Shown: piece after piece, positions 1 through 9,819 of the stretch | Layout: each line of letters begins with the position of its first letter | Position numbering within the stretch: position 1 is the stretch's first letter | Assembly: GCA_050257795.1 (NCBI GenBank) | Contig: JBLMXN010000074.1 | Location: 1 to 55,108 of the forward strand | Direction of reading: 5' to 3' | Origin: Bacteroidota bacterium | GTDB taxonomy: Bacteria > Pseudomonadota > Gammaproteobacteria > Acidiferrobacterales > Sulfurifustaceae | Length of the DNA stretch: 55,108 nt | Notes under the pieces: model-generated | The model's input: the letters and a program-made list of their open reading frames with translations, nothing else | Told to the model about the DNA's origin: nothing | Databases searched by the model: none | Position numbers and translations under genes: made by a program

Positions 1-44
1 AGCGCGTCCGGACGCCGCTTCTGTGCTAAAAGTCATCATATGGC

Positions 45-875
45 ATGGCGAATGAAGTAGGGCGTAATCCTAATGACCAGACGAACGACGCAGGGCTTCC
101 TCAAATCATGAACGACGGCAATCCCAATCACGGCATCCCCCCTCTGCAGAAACCCAACAACGGGCCGGACTCGCGCTTCCGCGTGGAAGTGGCGCCCTCG
201 CGCTTCATGTCGCGCGAATCGTGGAAGATCTTCCAGATCATGTCCGAGTTCGTCGCGGGCTTCGAGCGGCTCTCCCAGATCCAGCCTTCGGTAAGCATCT
301 TCGGCTCCGCGCGGCTCCAGCCCGGGCATCCCTATTATGCCCTGACCGAAGAGATCGCGCGCAAACTCTCCGACGCCGGTTTCGCGGTGGTGAGCGGCGG
401 CGGCCCGGGCCTGATGGAGGCAGCCAACAAGGGCGCATTTGCCGGCAAGTCGCCGAGCGTGGGGCTGAACATCCGGTTGCCACACGAGCAGCATGCCAAT
501 CCGTACCAGAACGTCACGCTCACCTTCCAGCACTTCTTCGCACGCAAGGTCATGTTCATCAAGTACGCCAAGGCCTACGTGGTCATGCCCGGCGGCTTCG
601 GCACGCTCGACGAGATCATCGAGGCGTTGACGCTGATCCAAACCGGCAAGAGCACGCGCATGCCGGTCATCCTGGTGCATGCGCCGTTCTGGGGCGGCCT
701 GCTCGACTGGTTCAGGGACAAGCTGGTCGCCGAGGGCGTGATCGACAAGACCGATCTCGAGCTGTTCTCGGTAGTCAACAGCGCCGAGGAGGTATTGGAC
801 GTGATCTTCCGGTATTATGAAACCAGCGGATTCGAACCTTCCGAAGCGGAACAGGAAATCAAACTCAACCTCTGA
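45..875 (+). CDS. LOG family Rossmann-fold protein (TIGR00730-type nucleotide phosphoribohydrolase)
   Basis: Motifs VSIFGSAR, SGGGPGLMEAANKGA, FFARKVMF and PGGFGTLDE. The real start may be the ATG at 108. Confidence 0.9.
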   Translation: MANEVGRNPNDQTNDAGLPQIMNDGNPNHGIPPLQKPNNGPDSRFRVEVAPSRFMSRESWKIFQIMSEFVAGFERLSQIQPSVSIFGSARLQPGHPYYALTEEIARKLSDAGFAVVSGGGPGLMEAANKGAFAGKSPSVGLNIRLPHEQHANPYQNVTLTFQHFFARKVMFIKYAKAYVVMPGGFGTLDEIIEALTLIQTGKSTRMPVILVHAPFWGGLLDWFRDKLVAEGVIDKTDLELFSVVNSAEEVLDVIFRYYETSGFEPSEAEQEIKLNL

Positions 876-886
876 TCGATACGGTC

Positions 887-1273
887 ATGCGCACCCTGCT
901 CATTTTGTTGCTCGCCATCCTGATCGCACCAGCACCAGCGCTGGCAGCCGACACCGGTTCCAAGGATACGGGCAGCAAGACTCCGCCTCCCGTGACCGTG
1001 CCGGAACCGCCGCCGCCACCGGAAAACTACAATCCACCGACGGCGCCCGGAGCCCAGAGCACCGAGCAGCCGGAACCGGAAGTGACGATCACCACGAAGG
1101 GCACCGAGATTCACGAGGAGTACCGGTTGAACGGTCGCCTGTATATGATCAAGGTCACCCCCAAGCATGGGAAACCGTATTACCTCGTCGACCCCGATGG
1201 CAGCGGGCAATTCCGTCGCAGCGACTTTCAGCCGCGCATCGCCGTTCCCATGTGGGTGATCAAGCGCTGGTGA
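887..1273 (+). CDS. Exported Pro-rich protein, DUF2782-like
   Basis: Signal peptide, Pro-rich linker, then EPEVTI...EEYRLNGRLYMIKVTPKHGKPYYLVD...VPMWVIKRW. Confidence 0.8.
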   Translation: MRTLLILLLAILIAPAPALAADTGSKDTGSKTPPPVTVPEPPPPPENYNPPTAPGAQSTEQPEPEVTITTKGTEIHEEYRLNGRLYMIKVTPKHGKPYYLVDPDGSGQFRRSDFQPRIAVPMWVIKRW

Positions 1274-1348
1274 TCGGACGCGCCTGATGCTGCGGCGTCG
1301 ACCCGGACCCGGAATATTTTCAAAGACGACCCTCCTGGAGATCAAGGC

Positions 1349-2176
1349 ATGAGCGATCCGCTAGCGTCCGCCGACCTCCCGCGTCACGCGAGTGGCGCGA
1401 TCGCCCACGCCGGCAGCTGGATTGCCTGCGGCTGGCGCCTGATCCGGGAACACAAGGCGCCGTGGTTCCGCATGACCGCGCTGTATCTCGTACTCGCCTT
1501 TCTGCTGAAGCACATCCCGTTCATGGGCGACCTGCTGCTCATCCTCATCACCCCCATGTTGCTCGCCAGTGTCGTCTGGGGCCGCGCGCATGCACATCGT
1601 GCCGATGAGCTGCCGGCCGCCGGTGGCGCGCCGTCATGGTCTGAGGCGTGGTTGATGCGGCCGGCGCGCGAGCTAAGTCTGATCTTCAGTCGTCCGGACA
1701 AGGCGTTTCCCGGCGTCCTGCTCGGCATCATCACACTCGTCCTGGCCATGCTGGTCAAGTTCGCGGGCGATCTGCTCATCGGCGGCTCCATGGTTTCGGG
1801 ATTGACGGCCGCCCGGCTGGACGTACTGCAAATAACCACGGTGCTCGGCATGCTGGTGGTGGCCAGCCTGTACCTCATACTGGCCATGGGGCTGTTTTAC
1901 AGCGTGCCGCTCACGGTGTTGGCCAACCGCCAACCGCTGGCCGCGATATCGGAAAGCTTTGCCCTGTGCCGGCGCCACGCGCTTGCGTTGGCTGCGCTGG
2001 CCGCACCGTTTTTCGTGGTTTACCTGCTGATCGTGACGGGATTCACCATCTCCCATGCGTGGGGATATCTACTCATCGCGACTGCGGGCTGGCTGGCCCT
2101 GCCGGTCTTTGTCGCCTCGGTTTATTGCAGCTACCTCAGCTTGCATCCGCCCCATCACTCCACGGCGCATCCCTGA
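1349..2176 (+). CDS. Integral membrane protein (BPSS1780-like)
   Basis: About 6 hydrophobic segments, N-terminal G.WI..GW.L motif, C-terminal SVYCSY; GGAG RBS upstream. Confidence 0.65.
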   Translation: MSDPLASADLPRHASGAIAHAGSWIACGWRLIREHKAPWFRMTALYLVLAFLLKHIPFMGDLLLILITPMLLASVVWGRAHAHRADELPAAGGAPSWSEAWLMRPARELSLIFSRPDKAFPGVLLGIITLVLAMLVKFAGDLLIGGSMVSGLTAARLDVLQITTVLGMLVVASLYLILAMGLFYSVPLTVLANRQPLAAISESFALCRRHALALAALAAPFFVVYLLIVTGFTISHAWGYLLIATAGWLALPVFVASVYCSYLSLHPPHHSTAHP

Positions 2177-2340
2177 CGCTGCGCCGGGTGGCGGCCGGGC
2201 GACTCAATCAACCAAGCCTCTTGTGGCGGCCCGGCGTCCTGCTTTCGAAGGAGCTTCGCCGCGAAAAGCAGGCGTCCTTCTGCTCGGAAGGGCGTCGCCC
2301 GTTCGCCTCGGGCACTGGGCGCTAGCTTATAATCCCGGCA

Positions 2341-3279
2341 ATGCGCGTGCGGCTTTATCACGGCGAGGCGTTGGCGGCCTACGGTTTCGGACATGGGCAC
2401 CCCTTCGGCCACGACCGCCAGGCGGCGTTCTGGCAGGAAGCCCTGCGCCTGGGGCTCGACTGGCAGACGGAAAACGGCGTGCCGGTCTCCTGCACCCGCG
2501 ACGATCTCGCGTTGTTCCACACGTCCGACTATATCGAGCGCGTGCACCGGCAATCGGCGAGCGGCGAGGGTTATCTCGATTACGGTGACACCCCGGCGTT
2601 CGTCGGTGTGTATGAAGCGGCGGCAACCGTGGTCGGTTCGGTGCTCGACGGGTTGGAGCACATTCTCGGCGGCGGTTGCCCGCGCGTGTTCGTGCCGATC
2701 GCCGGCCTGCACCATGCGCGTCGCGATTCGGCCGCGGGCTTCTGCGTGTTCAACGACATCGGCGTGCTGATCGAGGCGCTGCGCCGGCGCCACGGGATTC
2801 GGCGCGTGGCCTACGTCGACATCGACGCGCATCACGGCGACGGCGTGTTCTATGCCTTCGAGGACGACCCCGATCTTATCTTCGCCGACATCCACGAAGA
2901 CGGCCGCTATCTCTACCCCGGCACCGGCGCCGCCTCCGAAACCGGCAAAGGCCCGGCCCAGGGCACCAAGCTCAACATCCCGCTCGAACCCGGCGCGGAC
3001 GATTCCGCGTTTCAGGGCGCGTGGGTTCGGCTCGAGAAATTCGTGCGCGCCGGAAGCCCGGAATTTATCATCCTGCAGGCCGGGGCCGACAGCGTTGCCG
3101 GCGATCCCATCACCCACATGCAGTTTTCGCCGGCCGCGCACGCGCACGCGGCGGCGCGCTTGTGCGCGCTGGCCGATGAGTTCTGCCAGGGCCGGATCAT
3201 CGGTCTCGGCGGCGGCGGTTACAATCGCCTCAACCTCGCCGCCGCCTGGACGCGCGTGGTTCAGGCCATGCTGGAGTAA
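2341..3279 (+). CDS. Zn-dependent histone deacetylase family / AcuC-like deacylase
   Basis: Motifs GHPF, GLHHA, GFCVFND, DIDAHHGDG, YPGTG, GADS and GGGGY. Confidence 0.92.
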   Translation: MRVRLYHGEALAAYGFGHGHPFGHDRQAAFWQEALRLGLDWQTENGVPVSCTRDDLALFHTSDYIERVHRQSASGEGYLDYGDTPAFVGVYEAAATVVGSVLDGLEHILGGGCPRVFVPIAGLHHARRDSAAGFCVFNDIGVLIEALRRRHGIRRVAYVDIDAHHGDGVFYAFEDDPDLIFADIHEDGRYLYPGTGAASETGKGPAQGTKLNIPLEPGADDSAFQGAWVRLEKFVRAGSPEFIILQAGADSVAGDPITHMQFSPAAHAHAAARLCALADEFCQGRIIGLGGGGYNRLNLAAAWTRVVQAMLE

Positions 3280-3432
3280 ACACACCGCGCGTCTGAATTC
3301 GGACAACACATTCTTGCGCCGTGCAAGCGCACCTGCATCGACCTCGTCCGCTGTGCGCGCTCACACTGGCGCAAGCGGCCTTGGCCACCAACAGGCTGAA
3401 TGCCCGCCGCGCGACGACTGTCGGCAAAGACT

Positions 3433-4644
3433 CTAGCGGCAATCCGGCGGCAGTTGCCTCGCCGGCAACCCGTCGCCGGTGCACTGCCAGTAGATACGTT
3501 GATCCTTGACGTAGGGTTTGTACATGAGACTGCCGCTTGGCTTGTCGCCGTTGGCAAGCGTCATCACCACGACGCCTTGTTCTTCGATGGTGATCGAATA
3601 GATACCGGGCCCGTGCCCGGCGGCTGGAAGCTGAAGATCGCTGTTGTTGTTCGGCCACGCCTGATTCTTGATGGCATAGTCGACGACGGCATGCTTGACC
3701 GCCTCCGCCTGGGGCAGGGCCGTCGCGAGTTTGGCGCGCGTGACGTAGTCCTGGTAGGCCGGGACGGCGATGGCCGCGAGGATGCCGACGATAGCCACCA
3801 TGACCATCACCGTAACCAGCCCGCCGCTGCCGGCCCCCGTGCCGACTCGGGGCACGAACAGCGCGAACAGGTAGGCAAAGGGGTTGCGCCGCGGGTGTTT
3901 CGGCGGCTGCGCGGCTCCGAGCGCCTGCATCGCCGCCATCCGTTTGACCAGCCAGGGATAATCGCCGACCAGCTCGTGCAGCGACATCCAGAACCCCGAT
4001 GCGGATTTGGATTGGCCGGCGTAATTCTCCTGGCTCATGGTTTTCCAGCGTTTGCCGCCGGCGGCCAGGGCGGCCAGGCCGTGCTGCGCCTCGCGCGAAC
4101 TGGCGCAGCACGCGAGCCCGTAGCGGTCACAGGTGTACTCGCGGGCGCGCGAATACCCTGCGCCCAGCAGCGGCAGCAAGCCCGCCGGAAACAGGACCGG
4201 CGCCCACACCAGATGGCTGCGCGCGATGTGCCCGAGCTCGTGACCGATGTAAAAGTTCAGGGCTTCCGGCTGTTCATCGAGCGCGTCCACCACGTCCGAA
4301 TAGAGCACGATGAAATGCCGGCCGAGAAAGCGCGTGGCCAGCGCATTGAACACGCCATTGCCATGCAACAGATAAGCGTCGGGAATTTCCTTGACCCCGA
4401 GCTTGGCGCAGCAGGCGGCGATGCGCTGATACAGGTCGGGAAACTGCTGCGGGGTGATTTTTACCGCCGTCCCTTTGAGATAGGAAATGAACGCCGATTG
4501 GGCAAACAGATAGAAAAGAAAAAAGAACAACACCCAGATCAGCGCCATGCCCAGCGTCCCCACCAGCAGCGCCGCCCAAAAAATGACAGAGAGCGTCAGC
4601 GAAATGACGAACAACGGCTTTTCTTTGTTATACACAAGTTCCAC
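3433..4644 (-). CDS. M48 (HtpX/Ste24-like) metallopeptidase fused to a C-terminal type IV pilin-like domain
   Basis: GAGGAGA RBS then GTG at 4644. Peptidase motifs HELGH and YSRAREYTCDR. C-terminal IVGILAAIAVPAYQDYVTRAK...WQC...LPPDCR pilin signature. Confidence 0.85.
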   Translation of the reverse strand: MELVYNKEKPLFVISLTLSVIFWAALLVGTLGMALIWVLFFFLFYLFAQSAFISYLKGTAVKITPQQFPDLYQRIAACCAKLGVKEIPDAYLLHGNGVFNALATRFLGRHFIVLYSDVVDALDEQPEALNFYIGHELGHIARSHLVWAPVLFPAGLLPLLGAGYSRAREYTCDRYGLACCASSREAQHGLAALAAGGKRWKTMSQENYAGQSKSASGFWMSLHELVGDYPWLVKRMAAMQALGAAQPPKHPRRNPFAYLFALFVPRVGTGAGSGGLVTVMVMVAIVGILAAIAVPAYQDYVTRAKLATALPQAEAVKHAVVDYAIKNQAWPNNNSDLQLPAAGHGPGIYSITIEEQGVVVMTLANGDKPSGSLMYKPYVKDQRIYWQCTGDGLPARQLPPDCR

Positions 4645-4753
4645 GGCCTGTCTCCTCGACAATGAAATTGCGGTTGTGAATTCGATGCGCCGCACGCTCC
4701 CGCGCGCCGGCCATGATCATGGCCGGCAGGTACGGCAGAAACGTTGGATACTG

Positions 4754-5542
4754 TTAACGGATCTTGCGGGCGACCACCAGATTGCGGCCGCCTTTCTTGG
4801 CTTCGTACAGCGCCTTGTCGGCGTGCGACAGGAATTGTTCGAGATCCTCGCCGGACTTGAACTGGCACAGGCCGATGCTGATGGTCAGGTGGATTTTCTC
4901 GGCGCCCAGATCGAAGTCCCACTTGCTGACCGAGGCGCGGATGCGGTCGGCGATCTTGCGGCCCTGTGTCAGGGTCGTGTGCGGCAGAATCATCAAAAAT
5001 TCCTCGCCGCCGTAACGGCCGACCTTGTCCGGCATGCGCAACGCATCCGAAAGAATCGCGGCGACGTCCTTGAGCACGCGATCGCCGGCCTCGTGGCCGT
5101 GGGTATCGTTGACTTCCTTGAAGTGGTCGATATCGGCCATCGCGACCGTGAGCGGCGTGCGGTAGCGCTCGGCCTGGGCCATGGCATCGAGCAGGCCCAC
5201 GGTAATGCCGCGGCGGTTCATGATGCGCGTGAGCGAATCGGTGATGGCCATGCGGCTCATCTCTTCCGCCTCGCCCTCGGCCTTGAGGCGCTTTTCGTAT
5301 TCCTTGTGAATCGGGTTCAGCACCAGCCAGTAGATCGGCGGGGCGATCACCAGCGCGAGCACGGCGGCATTGATGAACAATGCCAGGGTGCTGAGTTGTT
5401 CAACCCCGAGATAGATCAGCGCTTGCGAGATCAGGAATTCGGCGACGAAGGTGATCGCCACGATGGCGAGCATCGCCTTCATTGCCGACAGTACCTCGCT
5501 CCTAGCTTGCTTCAACGTTTTATCCCCGTTCCTTCCCGCCAA
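4754..5542 (-). CDS. Membrane-anchored GGDEF diguanylate cyclase
   Basis: Two TM helices, TDSLTRIMNRR, DIDHFKEVNDTHGHEAGD, RxxD I-site (RMPD) and RYGGEEF. Start uncertain. Confidence 0.92.
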   Translation of the reverse strand: MAGRNGDKTLKQARSEVLSAMKAMLAIVAITFVAEFLISQALIYLGVEQLSTLALFINAAVLALVIAPPIYWLVLNPIHKEYEKRLKAEGEAEEMSRMAITDSLTRIMNRRGITVGLLDAMAQAERYRTPLTVAMADIDHFKEVNDTHGHEAGDRVLKDVAAILSDALRMPDKVGRYGGEEFLMILPHTTLTQGRKIADRIRASVSKWDFDLGAEKIHLTISIGLCQFKSGEDLEQFLSHADKALYEAKKGGRNLVVARKIR

Positions 5543-5614
5543 TCCGACTTAGCTGTCTTGCAGTTGTTTTTCTTAACTATAGTCCACCGGTCGGGGATGC
5601 AAGGTGGTGGATTG

Positions 5615-7777
5615 TCACAGGGCCTGCAGGTTGGCGTAACCGATCACGAGCCACTTGGTGCCGGCGGATTCGAAGTTGACCTGGACCCGGGCGTGCGGCC
5701 CCTGGCCCTCGTACCGCAGCACCACTCCCTCGCCGAAAGTCCCGTGCCGCACCCGGCTCCCGAGGCGCATGCCGCCCACCGGCGGCTCCTGTACCGGCAA
5801 GCCGGCGCGGGCGGGCGGGGCGTACGCGGCCACGGCGGGCTTGGCGCGGATCTCCTGGATCAAGGCTTCCGGCACTTCCCCCAGGAAACGTGACGGGCTG
5901 GTGTAATGCTCATTTCCATGCAGGCGGCGCAATTCGGCGTAAGTAAGCACTAGCTGTTCACGGGCCCGGGTCATGCCGACATAGCACAGCCGGCGTTCCT
6001 CTTCGAGCCGCGCCGGGTCTTCGAGCGAGCGCTGGTGCGGGAACAGGCCTTCTTCGAGGCCGGTCAGGAACACCAGCGGGAACTCCAGACCCTTGGCCGA
6101 ATGCAGGCTCATGAGTTGCACGCAGTCCTCCCAGGCTTCGGCCTGGCCCTCGCCGGCCTCGAGGGCGGCGTGCGCCAGGAAGGCCGACAGTGGATCGAGC
6201 CCTTCGGCTTCGTCATGCTCGAAGCCGCGCGCGGCGTTGATGAGCTCCTCCAGGTTCTCGAGGCGCGACTCGCCCTTGTCGCCTTTTTCCTTCTTGTAGT
6301 GCTCGACCAGCCCGCTGCCCGCAAGCATGTGCTCGACGGTTTCGCCGAGCGTGAGGCCGCCGGTTTCGCGCGCCATTTTTTCGATGAGCTGCAGGAACGC
6401 GTGCAGGGCCTCGCGCGCACGAGCCGGCAGGTCGGCGGCGCCAAGCAGTTTCTGCGCCGCTTCCCACAGCGAGATCTTTTCACTCCGGGCGTGGTGGCGC
6501 ACCGCATCCACCGTCTTGGCGCCGATACCGCGCGTGGGCACGTTCACAACGCGTTCGAACGAGGGGTCGTCGTGCCGGCTGGCGATCAATCGCAGGTAAG
6601 CCAGCGCGTCCTTGATCTCGGCACGCTCGAAGAAACGCAGTCCACCATAGACCCGGTAGGGAATTCCCTCGTTGATGAGTCGCTCTTCGAACAGACGCGA
6701 CTGCGCGTTCGAGCGGTACAGCACGGCGCACTCGGCGCGCGCATGGCCGCGGGCCACCCAGTCCTGGATCCGGTCCACCACGAAGCGCGCCTCGTCGAGA
6801 TCGGTGTAGCCGCTGTAGAGCAGGATCGGCTCACCGGCTTCGCCCGCGGTCCAGAGATTCTTTCCGAGACGGCCGGTGTTGTGGCCGATGACGGCGTTCG
6901 CGGCTTTCAATATCGTGCCGGTAGATCGGTAGTTCTGCTCGAGTCGGATGACGCGCGTGCCGGGAAAGTCTTTTTCGAACTTGAGGATGTTTTCCACCTT
7001 GGCGCCGCGCCAGCCATAGATGGACTGGTCGTCGTCGCCGACCACGAACAGGTTGCGCTCGGGTCCGACGAACAGCCGCAGCCAGGCGTACTGGATGCGG
7101 TTGGTGTCCTGGAATTCGTCAACCAGCACGTGGCGGAAGCGCGCCTGGTAATGCGCGCGCATGGATTCGTTGTCGCGCAGCAGCTCGTAGCTGCGCAGCA
7201 ACAGCTCGGCGAAATCGACCAGCCCCGAGCGCTGACAGGTTTCCTCATAGGCCACGTACACCCGGCGCAGCTCGCGCTGAGTCGGGTCGGCGACCTCGCC
7301 CAGATCGCGCGGCCGACGGCCTTCTTCCTTGTGGCTGTTGATGAACCACATCGCCTGTTTCGGCGGCCAGTAAGCCTCGTCCAGACTGAGACCCTTCATG
7401 ATCCTTTTTATGAGTCTTAGTTGGTCCTCACTATCAAGAATCTGAAACGCTTGCGGCAGGTTTGCCTCACGCCAGTGGGCGCGCAGCAGGCGGTGCGACA
7501 GCCCATGAAACGTGCCGACCCACATGCCGCTCACCGGCGTGTGCAGCATCGCCTCGATGCGCCCGCGCATCTCGTGGGCCGCCTTGTTGGTGAAGGTCAC
7601 AGCAAGAATCGAATGCGGCGAGACGCCTTCCACGCCCACGAGCCAGGCGACGCGATGCGTCAATACCCGGGTCTTGCCGCTGCCGGCGCCGGCCAGGATC
7701 AGCAGCGGCCCGGCGGGCGCACCGACCGCTTCGCGCTGAGGATCGTTCAGGGAATCGAGCAGGGAGGAAACATCCAT
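5615..7777 (-). CDS. uvrD: DNA helicase II
   Basis: Motifs AGAGSGKT, VDEFQDTN, VGDDDQSIYGWRGA, LEQNYRS, HSAKGLEF and EERRLCYVGMTRA; C-terminal Tudor-like tail. Confidence 0.97.
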   Translation of the reverse strand: MDVSSLLDSLNDPQREAVGAPAGPLLILAGAGSGKTRVLTHRVAWLVGVEGVSPHSILAVTFTNKAAHEMRGRIEAMLHTPVSGMWVGTFHGLSHRLLRAHWREANLPQAFQILDSEDQLRLIKRIMKGLSLDEAYWPPKQAMWFINSHKEEGRRPRDLGEVADPTQRELRRVYVAYEETCQRSGLVDFAELLLRSYELLRDNESMRAHYQARFRHVLVDEFQDTNRIQYAWLRLFVGPERNLFVVGDDDQSIYGWRGAKVENILKFEKDFPGTRVIRLEQNYRSTGTILKAANAVIGHNTGRLGKNLWTAGEAGEPILLYSGYTDLDEARFVVDRIQDWVARGHARAECAVLYRSNAQSRLFEERLINEGIPYRVYGGLRFFERAEIKDALAYLRLIASRHDDPSFERVVNVPTRGIGAKTVDAVRHHARSEKISLWEAAQKLLGAADLPARAREALHAFLQLIEKMARETGGLTLGETVEHMLAGSGLVEHYKKEKGDKGESRLENLEELINAARGFEHDEAEGLDPLSAFLAHAALEAGEGQAEAWEDCVQLMSLHSAKGLEFPLVFLTGLEEGLFPHQRSLEDPARLEEERRLCYVGMTRAREQLVLTYAELRRLHGNEHYTSPSRFLGEVPEALIQEIRAKPAVAAYAPPARAGLPVQEPPVGGMRLGSRVRHGTFGEGVVLRYEGQGPHARVQVNFESAGTKWLVIGYANLQAL

Positions 7778-7971
7778 ACGCGCATTCTACCAGAGGCGCC
7801 AGCCCGGGGCGGTACCCGTGGTGGAAGGACGCGCACAAAACACTAACCAGTTTGATACGTGCGGGTGATAGTGAACGCTTCAATCCCGCCGGCGGCGGGC
7901 GCTCGGGTTTTGAACGCGCGCGTCGACGAAAGGCGCTGGCTGTTTCCTCCCATGCTGAGCGGAAGGAATTC

Positions 7972-9807
7972 TTATTCAACCGTGACCGACTTCGCCAGAT
8001 TCCGCGGCTGGTCCACATCCGTTCCCTTCGCCAGCGCGACGTAATAGGCCAACAGCTGCAGCGGAATGGTGTAGAGAATCGGCGAGGTGTATTCGCCCAC
8101 TTCGGGCATGCGGATCTTGGTAGTGTTGCTGGCGCGCACGCCGGTGCCCTTGACCGAGAACACGTAGAGCTCGCCGCCGCGGGCACGGACTTCCTGCAGG
8201 TTCGACTTCAGTTTTTCCAGCAGTTCGTCGTTCGGCGCCACCGCCACTACCGGCATCTTGGCGTCCACCAGCGCCAGCGGCCCGTGCTTGAGCTCGCCGG
8301 CGGCATAGGATTCGGCGTGAATATAGGAAATCTCCTTGAGCTTGAGCGCTCCTTCCATGGCGATCGGATAGTGCACGCCGCGGCCGAGGAACAGCGCGTG
8401 ATGCTTGTCCACGAAACGCTCGGAGAGTTGGCGGATTTCCTCGCTCAGTTCCAGCACCTTCTGGATGCGGCCGGGCAGCTGCTCCAGCTCCTCAACCAGT
8501 TTCTTCTCCTTGTCGGGCGTCAATCCATGCCGGCGCGCCAGCGCGATGGTGAGCAGCAGCAGCGCGGTAAGCTGCGTGGTGAAGGCCTTGGTCGAAGCCA
8601 CACCGATCTCCGGACCGGCGCGGGTAAGCAGGGTAAGTTCGGATTCGCGCACCAGCGAGGACTCCGGTACGTTGCAGATCGCGAGCGAGTGCCCGTAGCC
8701 GAGCTTCTTGGTCTGTTGTAACGCGGCGAGGGTATCGGCAGTTTCGCCGGACTGGGAAATCGTCACCACCAGCGTGCCCGGCAGCACCACGTGCTTGCGG
8801 TAACGGTATTCGCTCGCGATCTCGACATTGCACGGCAGGCCCGCCAGGCTTTCGATCCAGTAGCGCGCCACCGAACCGGCATGAAAACTGGTGCCGCAGG
8901 CGATGATCTGCACCGCCTTGGTTGCGTCAAAAACCGATGCGGCGGTGACGCCGAAGGCTTCTTCCAGAATCCGGTTTTTTCCCAGGCGCCCCGCGAGCGT
9001 GTCGGCTACGGCCTTGGGCTGCTCGAAGATTTCCTTCTCGGTGAAGTTGCGGTACTGGCCGCGATCGACAGTGTCAGCCGAGGCCTCGGACACCCGCACC
9101 GGGCGCTCGACCTTCTTGCCCGCGGCATCGTAGATCGTGCATTCGGTGCGGCGCAGATCGGCGATGTCGCCGTCCTCGAGGTAGATCACGTTGTGCGTCA
9201 CCGGCGCCAGCGCCAGTACGTCGGAACCGATGAAGTGTTCCTCGACACCGACGCCGACAACGAGCGGGCTGCCCTTGCGCGCGGCGATCATGCGGTGCGG
9301 TTCGTCGCGGCAGACGATGCCGAGCGCGTACGCGCCCTCGAGCTCGGCGATCGCGGCTTGCGCCGCCTTGAGCAGGTCTTTCTTTTTTATCAGGTGATGG
9401 TGGATGAGGTGCGCCACCACTTCGGTGTCGGTCTGGGAGGTGAACACGTAACCCAGGTCCTGCAGCTTTTTGCGCAGCTTTTCGTGGTTCTCGATGATGC
9501 CGTTGTGCACCACCGCCACGGCGTTGTCGGAGACATGCGGGTGGGCGTTGTCCTCGCTCGGCACGCCGTGCGTGGCCCAGCGCGTGTGCGCGATGCCGGT
9601 GAAGCCATGGGTGTGGTGCTTCTGGATCGAGTCTTCGAGCGCCTTGACCTTGCCGACCGCGCGCACGCGCTCGAGCGATGCGCCGGCGCTGTTGCCCAGG
9701 ACCGCCAGCCCGGCGGAGTCATAGCCGCGATATTCGAGCCGCTTCAGGCCTTCGATCAGGATCGGGACCACGTTGCGTTGCGCGACCGCGCCGACGATGC
9801 CACACAT
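7972..9807 (-). CDS. glmS: Glutamine--fructose-6-phosphate aminotransferase
   Basis: N-terminus MCGIVG, motif HTRWATHG, C-terminus [13 protein letters not shown]. Confidence 0.99.
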   Translation of the reverse strand: MCGIVGAVAQRNVVPILIEGLKRLEYRGYDSAGLAVLGNSAGASLERVRAVGKVKALEDSIQKHHTHGFTGIAHTRWATHGVPSEDNAHPHVSDNAVAVVHNGIIENHEKLRKKLQDLGYVFTSQTDTEVVAHLIHHHLIKKKDLLKAAQAAIAELEGAYALGIVCRDEPHRMIAARKGSPLVVGVGVEEHFIGSDVLALAPVTHNVIYLEDGDIADLRRTECTIYDAAGKKVERPVRVSEASADTVDRGQYRNFTEKEIFEQPKAVADTLAGRLGKNRILEEAFGVTAASVFDATKAVQIIACGTSFHAGSVARYWIESLAGLPCNVEIASEYRYRKHVVLPGTLVVTISQSGETADTLAALQQTKKLGYGHSLAICNVPESSLVRESELTLLTRAGPEIGVASTKAFTTQLTALLLLTIALARRHGLTPDKEKKLVEELEQLPGRIQKVLELSEEIRQLSERFVDKHHALFLGRGVHYPIAMEGALKLKEISYIHAESYAAGELKHGPLALVDAKMPVVAVAPNDELLEKLKSNLQEVRARGGELYVFSVKGTGVRASNTTKIRMPEVGEYTSPILYTIPLQLLAYYVALAKGTDVDQPRNLAKSVTVE

Positions 9808-9819
9808 GGGGGAAACCTC

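Noticed and set aside
3313-3375. Imperfect hairpin CTTGCGCC...GGCGCAAG between convergent genes
   Set aside because: No U-tract and weak inner pairing, so it cannot be called a terminator or ncRNA.
7778-8015. attTn7 site at the 3' end of glmS
   Set aside because: The target sequence is present as part of glmS, but no Tn7 ends or tns genes follow, so the site is empty.
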